Below, in pieces: positions 53,801 to 64,000 of a stretch of DNA of 64,000 nucleotides. The stretch is from contig CM082576.2 in the NCBI GenBank assembly GCA_040954595.2, forward strand, positions 7,691,129 to 7,755,128. The letters are read 5' to 3'. Position 1 is the first letter of the stretch. The number at the start of each line of letters is the position of its first letter. The position numbers and the translations under genes were made by a program. Below the pieces are notes generated by a model. It made no database searches. It saw nothing but the letters and a program-made list of their open reading frames with translations, and was not told the DNA's origin. Origin of the DNA: Balanoglossus misakiensis. Taxonomy: Eukaryota > Animalia > Hemichordata.

Positions 53801-56800
53801 TTGTATGACCCAATCACTCCAATTGGACTTTTACTTACTACCTGTATCTACTGCATCTATCAGGGCATCTGTGTCTTTACTACGTATACAGTCGATCAAC
53901 TGTCGGTGAGATCGTTCTCCTGAGCTGTCTAGGCGACGCAGACCCGGGATGCTGCGGGAGCCACATCCTACGTTGGATTTAGGCAGGGCTTTCCGCCCCT
54001 CAAATAAAAGCACCAATAGGAGGTCCACCAGACGCATGGTATCAAGTACACATCTGGCGAAAGAACAGAGAACAGAGGAATGAGATGAGCTGTGCACATA
54101 TTGGTTTCATTTTTCAAACTGCTATGAGCGAGTGATTCACTACTTTAAGTGACAAGCTACCAGAGTTCTTGTTTGCACAATTGTGATGGCCAAGAGCTTC
54201 TGGGGCACAAGAAAAAATGAAAGTAAAATTCTTCATAATATATTTCAATATTTATACTCATTTTAGAGATATTTCATCAAAAGACCTTGGCATGGTAACT
54301 TAATGACAGCACTGTCAGGACCGTACCACTGTGAGCACTTGAAGACACACAACACATCACACAAACCTTTCATCTCCTTGTAAAGCTTTCTCTATTGCTT
54401 CAGGTAATTCCGACCTTAGTAAATCCTGCAATGTTAATGTACACAAGCCTAAGCTTATTATGTGAAATCACTTTTCTGTTTTCCCCAAAGAAAGTTCACA
54501 CAAAAGGATGTAAATTTTTCATTGGTAGCACACTTCAGTCAGCCAAGCTGCTACTGGTTTGTCATGTGATTGATTTGTAAGACATGTTGTCCTGATATCA
54601 AATATAGCGTGGTATCTGTAAAATACCACACGAAGTACTACTTCTATTGAAGTATCAATTATCTCCTCAGGATATCCAACAGTCCATTAAAAACTGGGGA
54701 GACGAAACTTACATGAGTGACCCCAGGTGAACCTCTGCACATTGTCGACAACAGGCTGATGATCGTGGACACGTTGGGGTTACTCTTTGCCTCCGGGGTT
54801 GCCCCTGCGGCCGGTCCAGGTGTCCCTGTCTTGGTGGAGGCACCGATGGATGCCGCACAACTCGACAGACGAGACAGGAGCTCGTTCATCAGGCCGTGCT
54901 TTGCAAGAGGGGCAGGGTCCACGCCGCGTCTGGTGAATCTGTCGGCCAAGGACGCAAAGCACCGCAGTGCTCCGTCGGCAACCTACAATTGTAAGCACAG
55001 AGGATGTTTAGTTGACCACCAATCAAGCCTTCATTTTTTTTCATATCACCATCAATCCATTTTTTTAGTTCAAATGAACCATGATCTCCATCAAATACCA
55101 GCTGAAGTTCATCAGAACATGCAAACTCTGTGAAAAAAAATAAAGCCTACAGGTAAACTCACATGTTGATCTTCGTGTCGCAGAAGCTGGGAGAGAGACT
55201 CCACGCAGGTTTCCAGAGAGGTGTCGCTGGGTTCCATCTTGCCGCACAGCCTGGAGACCACAGACATGGCAGAGTGGAGCGTGTCCTTGTGGATGAGGTT
55301 TCCGTTGTCCCTGATGAACATCAGCACGCAGTTGAGACCACCGGCTTCAAAGACGGCGCCCGATTCTCTGGTGCACATCAATTCCAACACCTACAGTGAA
55401 AAAAAAAATACTTGGTCTTAAGAAATGGAACAACAGTCTACAAGAAAGAAATACATGTACTCAATGATCCAGTACCTGGACCACAAAACTATACGGCCAT
55501 ACCTTGATACACTGTTCCGCTAGGTCTTTGCTGGTCCTGGACGACAGTTCAGCAACCACCAGTCGGTTGCAGATGGCTTTGACGGCGCCATCGACGGCCA
55601 CGACACGACGAGTGCACTCAGCCGACACATCCAAGTAATAAGTGATTGCACGGGCAGTGACTTCCAGCACATTATCGGGTGCGCATTCATCTAAGAATAT
55701 CTTACATAGAGCTGGCAGGAAGGTCCTTGGCGGGCAACTGTAATGTAACGAAGAAGGAAAAAGGAAACGTGAATACTGATATCACTGACAATTTTTGAAC
55801 AATGTAGAATAATAACATCACACAGACATCCATCTGTACATACATAGAGACATGCAAAATGTACCCATGTGTACATGTACATTATGTATAGTTGTTTTAA
55901 AAATGTGTTCTTTCCTTAAAAATAAATGGATACATGTAGTTGTCATTTTGTGGGTTTTTTTCAGTATTTTATTATTTTATGCATCAACCCTACTTTCTTT
56001 ATCTCGCTATAATAAGATAACATGTTCAGTATTCCGCTCGACATTGTCTTGGTTGGCCAAGAGCTAACCCAGTGTGAAAATAAAAAAGCTCTGATCTGCA
56101 TGTCTGTGAACTTAAATGCAACGGACCCACTGAAACTATTTCAGTGATATGATTGCGCTTTAAGTCGGGCAAGTCAACTGAACTATTTACTTGTAAAACC
56201 ATCAGTGCAATGAATTTTATCATAAACAGCTAAAAGAGCCACATCTGCCACTCGTAATGTATTTTTAGTAGCAGCAGGTCCTTGGATGATTTCATCACGG
56301 AGGTATTTCCGTAATCAGCAACGCACAAGTCAGTGTGAATCAACTTCCAGCCACGCGCGCACGAGACTATGTTTACTGCCTTTGTCGTTTTCTGCCGCAT
56401 GTATGGAATCATAAATCATTTCACAGATAAACCATTTCTCCCTCCGACAAGTCAGACACATTTTATTAGTGAGTGTAAAGGGAGACACCTCGATCTCCAT
56501 CATATGAAAAACAGAAATAGACCCGCAAGCTGGGTACATGTACTTTATGCGAGATACTCTATTTGTGAAAAGACACGCATACGTGGTTGCGTATATTATC
56601 TCATATGTAAAGATCCGGTGTGTTGATATTAAATTTATGCTAGTTTCATTGGATATTGAGTGACCTAAATTGCTGAATGCTTAAAGCACTTAGCAACACA
56701 GAATGGGGGTTCACCTCCATGTATTACTCATTCAATGTGTGTGTACAGAACTTAACTGCTGTAATGCCACTTAGCGTTACATGTATGTTAGTATATAAAC

Positions 56801-59800
56801 AACTTCATTTCCATAGCATCATTCAAGAGTGCAGTGACATGATTATGATGATGTGTTGGGGAAAAAAGTCTCTCAGGGTCAACTCTAGATGGCATAATTT
56901 CAAGGCTGTATCCAATCCACTGTTAATCTGTTATTGATCAAATTACTGTTTACCACTTTTTTTATCTACTAGCTAAGTATACAATTTAATTCTCCATCTT
57001 GAACAGTCAACCTGATAAACAACACACCAGGTTCACCGAACTGCAGGAAATATACAGATGTATAAGTGTACACAGCTGATAGAATGACTGTATCATGTGC
57101 ATGTACGTCATACCGGTAATCCCCGACACACTCAAAGCTAAACATGTTTCGGAAACAAGTCATGGACTATGACTTATTTATATGCTGCTGTAATCAGTGT
57201 ACATGCTTCTGCAGCGAAATATGAAATTCTAGATGCTCACAAAAGAGCAAATGATGAGTAAATTATTTCAATACAGCGTTAACACAGCCCTGTGAAATGC
57301 TGTTGAAACTGGGGAACACACAGACCCATGTATAAACACATGTAGATGAAGGATCAGGAGCTAAAATGCATTAGCCTGAAAGCGGTGACTTCTGAGGACA
57401 AAATCACGGGCTAAGCCACAGAACCTGGATGAAGCAATAATTCTCACCAGTCCCTGCCTGTTTTGTACATGCAGTGCATTTGATATCGTATTCCTGGACC
57501 AGACATCAATCGGATGAGATTAGCCACTGGGGACTCCGACGGTCTAATTTTTCTCAATCATGACACATGCGTCCAATGCAGACTTGCATGATCTACTGTA
57601 CAATGCAAATTGCTACACATTATTTTGTACAATCACATGCTCCAATGCCTACAACACAAATTCCTTTTTATGCCAGACGGACAATTTTATTTGTCAGAAA
57701 CCTCGGCAGGAGTTGAGTTCATCCAAAAAAGGATATTATAACAAAGTAACTTCATAAACGATTATTCACAGAAGTGAGGAATATCAAGGTCCTCCTAAAC
57801 CATATCTGCTTTAATGCAAGGTCAAGGTCACAACCAGAAGATCCATGTACATGTAGTGAAAGGGGATGTTTGTAGAGATAAAAAGGCTAAGAAACGCTAA
57901 GACACACAACAGAAGCAATGTCAGCCAAGGTTATTAGAGCAGATTTCTGGTCGGGTACAACTCTAGCCTACAGCAAACACCACTTAAAATATGTGTCTAC
58001 AGACGTCATTGCAGAAAGGGGATTAAAAGCATAAATTGGAATTTGACATTTGAGAGAAAGATTTATTTTTTGTGATCGAAGAACTGCATCACGACATGAA
58101 ACGTATATGTGCACCTGGAGCAAGGTCATCATCCATTTTAATTAGGTTTCCCTGCAGAGGGGACAGTAAAGGTTTATTTCACATGATGAAGCCACAGTAC
58201 ATTGTACGTATACAATGTACGTGTTGTGATGATCACTACCACTGCAACACGGGCCAAATGACAAGATAATGCCTGCAGCAAAGCTTAGATGACATAAATG
58301 GCCATATATGTGTATGATTGTGTATATCATGGTATATTCCATTTGTCATTTGTCAATCAGTTCAAGCTATTGTTGGGATTTATGTGCCACATCTAGGAAT
58401 CCTCCAAATTTTGACCGCAAGTTCAATGATTTTTGTCAGGGGTCAATGATCAGGTCGGGTTAAGGGCACGGTTTGAACTGGAAAAGAAAAGTGTCGTGAT
58501 TTTGTCAGGGGTCACTGATAAGGTGAAGGATAGGACACAGAGTATTATATACAAATGTATATTGTTCTTTCACTCTCTCTCCTTCATTTGATCACTTGGC
58601 ATTCAGCGTCACACACGTTCTCAATGCACTTAGTCTCAAAGACTTGACTGCTGTATGAATTCTAAATTCAGGTAACACATATCCACACTACATGCATTTG
58701 TAGGAATAAGGCTGACCCAGTCGAGAGAAAGGTTTAGAAATTCTCAAAATTAACTCAAAGCTTTTAAACATCATGTTTGTCAGAGGGCACACTGATTCAC
58801 TGTCACATATACATGTAATGTATCACAGGCCTTGGGTGTCATTATGAAGGAATAATCTAAGACTCTCCGACAGCCCCTAATCTGACATTCACTGATGCCC
58901 CAAGCAGATACAGAGCCAGCATACATGCAGCACTGTGTCGCAAAAACCTCTTGTTGGCTCGTACATCTAAGCTCACCCAGCTGAGCCAGTTCAGCTTCAC
59001 CTAGTGAAACTGAGAAGGCATTAGGGTTCATGTAGTTCGAGAGAGGGTTGCGCGAGGGCCCGGCATAATTTATGATGCAGATGGTTTCAGAATTTATGAT
59101 GCAATCTGCAGTTGACATTTCAGAAAATTTTAAATCACCCACATGGAAATGTCATTACTTCCTGACAAACCGACGCTGTAATTACCGATGAAAGTTATGA
59201 ATCACTCGGAAATCCATCTTAATTGGGATTATCTTTAATAATTAGCACACGACGACAATAACATAACTGCTGAGTAAATCTCACAATTGATTTTTTTTAT
59301 TTGATTCAATGACGAGCTACAGATAAAACCTTGACAGACCCCAGATACTTTCCCTGCAGGTTGCTCTGTATCACTGTTGAAAGGAATCGTGAAATATCGC
59401 AATGTGTACATGAATAATACATGTACATAACATAGTAATATCTGCGACAATTTAATCTAAGCTGACATGAGTAATTTCCAAGTGAAACAGGATTTTTGTT
59501 TGCTTTAGTGGGCTTTATTGATTGAGTTGCAAGCATACATTGATCACCGTGAATGGATCTAATATACTAGTAAAGGATTTGATCAAATACATGTACGCTG
59601 TATCGTAATTTCACAAATCATTGGGTTTCACAAGATTACAGTTCTCTAGCTCCAGTACACACAAAAAAAGCTTGGGAAAATCTCTAATTTGTGTAAACTT
59701 GCTTTGTATTCAAAACAAAGTACTAATGAACTGAAGCTGTGTAGAACCAACAGATCAAACTGCAATGTAATACACTCCCGATGATTTCAACAACCTTGGA

Positions 59801-62800
59801 GGAGGACAAATCTGCTAGATCTTCTTAGTAACCAGTGACCCCCACACATAATTCATCCTGTTTGGCAAAGAGACAAAAAGCACGAACACACAGCTTTTGG
59901 CATTGGTCATTGTCCTATCATCATTGTATCTATTCCAAACACATGCACATGAGGTCACGTTCTCTGTACCGGCATTCCGTCATTGTTGGGTATCTCTCAT
60001 CGTAAAATAACATTCCGCAACCCTTTGTTACCAGCCCTTATATATTTGTCTGTGTTTGTAAATACATGTACATAGCGGGAATGGAATAAGTGAGCTTTGC
60101 AATCGTATGTAACCACCTCATCACATTTAATCTCGATATGATACAGTGTTTTGCTGTTATCTTTTGTGACCACAATACATATTCCATTTTATTATCAGAA
60201 TAACTGTTGGATACATACTATACTAGCCTGCAGGCTGAAAATTTTCAATAGAAGTACATTTGTACAACAACAACAACAACAACAACAACAATAATAATAA
60301 CAATAACAATACATTTATCTACAATTAAAACCAAACAAAGACTTTTGTGTTACACTCCATTTTCCTTGGGTAACTAACCAATACACATACAAATGTATAT
60401 GGCAGTTGGTGAACCAATACAATTAGAGACAGTAAGGATGACCATGAGTGATAATTATTGTTTGCCAGAGGGAAGAAGCTGCACTTGCCTCGAAACATTC
60501 AGATGGCCATAACAAGTGAATTTAATGCGACTCATTGAGTAAGATGTCGCCAGCCGTTTAATTTGATGATCTGAATACAAGAGCCTGTAGCATATTTACG
60601 ATCGCCAGGGCCACATATAAATACACAGAGGTTGTACTTTGGCTGGTGCATGTCATATGAGCACCCCTTGTAATATTATTTCATACAATGTATGTATGTC
60701 CATACATTGCACATGTAGGTCATGTAATAACAGTCTTCAAAGCTGAAACTGTACACAAGCATGTTTTTCATCATGTCAATTTTCACTTTTTTTCTGGCAC
60801 AAACATGTGCATTGCAACACCTGGTACCTTCAACTTACAGATGACAGGCATCGGTGATTGCAAAGAGTTTGGACAGGGGGGCGTGCAAATATTGTCTTCT
60901 CTGTATAAATGGGAGTTTTTTCAATGGATTATCGGAGCACCGATCTACTTGACTCCGACCGGCACCCATTCAAGCACGCAGGTCAGGCACCCATAGTGAA
61001 ACAATAGCTTCACTACAACTGGCGCGTTCAATGGTTGACCTATATACATGTACACTGTTCGGATTATATTCGTGGGCTGGTGAATTGGGACGCGAGAGGA
61101 TGCAAGGTCTGTGACCATCACGCATAAATTAATACATTGCCTCGTCAAGGGCAACATAAATTCATTACACTCGGGACAAGCAGAGTGAAAACTATTTTTA
61201 ACCCGACTTGAAGCTATATTTAGGAGTTTCATCTCTCTTTAGAATACTTTGCATAGTCTAGATCGTATAGTGTTTCACATTATATCGAAACAGCCTTTCA
61301 GGTCAAACTCCTGACCTGGGAACTACACAATGTTTACCATTACCGAGCAGAGTGCAAAAATTCCACAATAACATCTTGTCTTTCCTTGTGTTTTTGTAGC
61401 AGATGTTTGTAGATAAACATATGGGTGATCACTCCACTGAATAACAAATTTAATGCAATGCCTGCCAGTAGCGGCCATTAGATATAGAATAGTTTGCCTC
61501 TTCTGCCATAAATATAAGCCTACCCACGCAGTTCAACAAAGGTACAATGTGCATGCATGTACTATACTCCAGAAATTGGGACAGGTTAGAGTGTACATGT
61601 GCATGTTCAGATTCCTCAAAATCAGAGCATTTCTGTTACGGTAAACGTATTTTTCTTTATCCACATGTAAACAAATGCAAGCCCAATTAAACAGGGACAA
61701 AAATTGTTTCCATTCATTTTTTGGGTTGGTAAGAAGGCCAGGGGTTGGGCCCTCGTGTTACACTGGTATGGCAAAACAACATTGTGCATGCATGTTGAGT
61801 CCGAGCGAGAAATTTACAAGAACGCAATTTGGCACTTGCATTACGTTTGATCCAAGCGGCCATCAATCGTGCCACAGTAAGCATATGGCTTACATCACAA
61901 TTTTATCGAGCACACTAAAAAGGGTCCAGTAAAAATCTCATGTACACACATAATCTACCGACTTGAGTCTTTAAAATTTGAAGACAATGGATAAGCAAAA
62001 CATCAGAGACATCCGCTGATCGGGGCTGATGACAGCTGCACTGATTTTTTTTAAAAACATCATGTCTGAGGCCATCAACCAAGTTAATGACATGCATGTC
62101 CTTCAAGGGAAGGTCTTTAGTAATGTTAGACAGAAGCTTGGATGGAAATACATAGCTCTTGCTCCCAGACACCATAGGGAGAGTGTGAACTGAGGATGTT
62201 TGTTTATACAAGTAAAAGCTGAAATAAATGCCCTTCAATGGCCAAGTTGTCTCTGTGGAATATGTTGAGTTTTCTAGAGTACCAATACTTTTTTTATGAC
62301 CAACTCACTTTGGTCAATCACCTGTCATGGTGGACTCGCTCAAATGCAGACAAAATGTAAACAGCTGCCTGTAACTGTACCCAAAATCTATTTACCAGAA
62401 TGACTTTATTTACCTATATGTGCAATTTAAATGTTGGTCAACACAACAGGATCACAGATGACAACCTGGCTATTAAAGATACAGAAATAGCACATGATGC
62501 CCCGCCCCTCCAATATAATCACAAAATCATAAGCAACCAATATTTTTTAGTTTTTAAAGGAAATATAAATGAAGAAATGGCCTATGAACATATATGGCAG
62601 AAGTTTATTGTGACTGAGTTCTTAAGTTACATTACACAATTGGATTTTTACATTCCTCAATATGAAATGGCACACATGAAAAGATGAACATGTACATGTC
62701 ATGACTTCAGAGAAAACAGCATTTGCCAGGTTACAAAAACCTACTTAGATAATCCAATATTCAGATTTAATTACAATAATTCCATGGTGTTCCCTTTGGA

Positions 62801-64000
62801 AGATTCAATTGTACAAAGGAATCAATTGGCCGGAAAACAGCCAAGCTGCTGCAATATGTTGTGCTGGGTGCATAACATCAGGATCACACAAGTAATTTTC
62901 ATATAATGAACAGCTTGATCAGTGAAACCTTATGTGGCCTGCATATGTATCACCACACAAACTCATTCACCAATCCAGGGAGGTGTAAATGAGGCAATTG
63001 GCAGTTTTTTTCTTTTTGGTCCAGCTGAAAGGGAACTGACTAGAGTGGGAATTCCATGCAAAACACATACAAAAATGATACATAACGTACAATGCATTTT
63101 AGATGAATCCGACACACACATCTCACTCAGTTCCTCTGCTTTTCTCTTCTATTCAATTATAGATGATTACAGCTGGCTTTGTTTATTAGAGATGGCCAAA
63201 AAAAATCAATATCCTTTGTGTGAAGACCTAATGGCGATGCTTGACTTAACAACACTGGGGTTGACTTAATTTAATACAACACCTACTCATACATGTAGCA
63301 TGAAGGTGTTATGACTAAGATTTTTCAAAATATCATATTTCCTGCCCAACACAAAGATGTGTGATGATGTTATTGTACATAAAAGGTCATTTCTTTGTGT
63401 CCCTTGTCCTCCGTGAGAGAGGTGAACAATGTGAGTAATAACGTTAGTGAGGTCAAAATGTCTAGTATGGTATTTTATGATGGCGCGTTTGTGACTCACT
63501 TTGGGGCCACAGGACTGGCGGCCATCATTACATACGATACTACACACTTCCCGACACTAAACATTATAATATAAGTTGATATGTAGCTAACTATTATCAC
63601 GGTCACTCCACAAACTCAAAGACAGCAGTGTCTACTCTTATAGTATTCTAACAGCTGCCTCCATCATTAAAACACAAGTTACTATGCAACATAATATTGG
63701 GGTCAAACTGAGGTTATACTTTAAATGGAACAGACTTTCGCACTGTACATGCTGTAAGCACTTACATCACTGTTTAGAATCATTAATAAAATTTATTAAT
63801 CAATAAGATTAACAATGGTTACATTTTGTATGTGGGTTTTCTGAGGATATCGTGTGTATATGTTATCAAGAATCGGGATAATGTACACTCGGGAACAGGG
63901 TCTGTGTCTGTGACATTGGCCACCGTCGTGTCTGTCGGTCGGAGGATCGAAACTCACCTTTCGAAGCACCGATCCACGTTGTCGGACATGAGTAACAACA
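38814..64000 (-). CDS. HECTD1: E3 ubiquitin ligase HECTD1 (ARM region, ankyrin repeats, SUN-like domain, MIB/HERC2 domain, HECT domain); 5' end runs off the window
   Basis: About 42 GT-AG exons. 64000-63958 ([13 protein letters not shown]), then an 8.2 kb intron, 55737-55503 ([17 protein letters not shown]...[18 protein letters not shown]), 55390-55163, 54982-54713, 54425-54367, 54053-53839, ankyrin exons 53576-52892, 51343-51115, SUN-like exons about 48646-47573, MIB/HERC2 exons 47214-47038 and 46313-46041 ([17 protein letters not shown]; [13 protein letters not shown]), HECT exons 41592-38814 ending [16 protein letters not shown]...EKGFHLN stop with the catalytic Cys. Confidence 0.97.
58428..58526 (+). 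repeat. Short direct repeat pair (about 28 bp)
   Basis: GATTTTTGTCAGGGGTCAATGATCAGGT vs GATTTTGTCAGGGGTCACTGATAAGGT, about 70 bp apart. Confidence 0.7.
60264..60310 (+). repeat. (AAC)n/(AAT)n compound microsatellite in the long HECTD1 intron
   Basis: ACAACAACA... followed by ATAATAATAACAATAACAAT. Confidence 0.9.

Noticed and set aside
1-64000. CRISPR arrays, rRNA/tRNA genes, autonomous transposon or prokaryotic defence ORFs
   Set aside because: None seen. The DNA is spliceosomal-intron-rich animal sequence with no repeat-spacer array and no transposase or RT motifs in the ORF track.

Overview
Intron-rich animal genomic DNA, probably from a bilaterian invertebrate; it is not prokaryotic, so most listed ORFs are exon fragments or noise. 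Four protein-coding genes can be assembled by hand. (1) An EML1-4/EMAP-type microtubule-associated protein on + (about 2091-15149; start codon not securely found) with a minor-spliceosome (U12) intron in the HELP motif. (2) A small 5-coding-exon TNF-receptor-superfamily gene on - (17000-19130) with two BCMA/TACI/Grindelwald-type DxL cysteine-rich domains, a transmembrane helix and a PVQES TRAF-binding motif. (3) A TRAF3 orthologue on + (28570-35365), divergently oriented to that receptor, with kappa-B-like sites near both 5' ends. (4) The E3 ligase HECTD1 on - (38814 to beyond 64000, about 42 exons). The region between receptor and TRAF3 is a patchwork: a diverged copy of the EML 3' UTR, an inverted near-identical but broken copy of one HECTD1 exon, a segment shared with a receptor intron, and palindromic MITE-like elements. 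The most interesting candidate system is the physically linked TACI/BCMA-like receptor plus TRAF3 pair. All splice models and alignments were read by eye and need RNA-seq and database confirmation.
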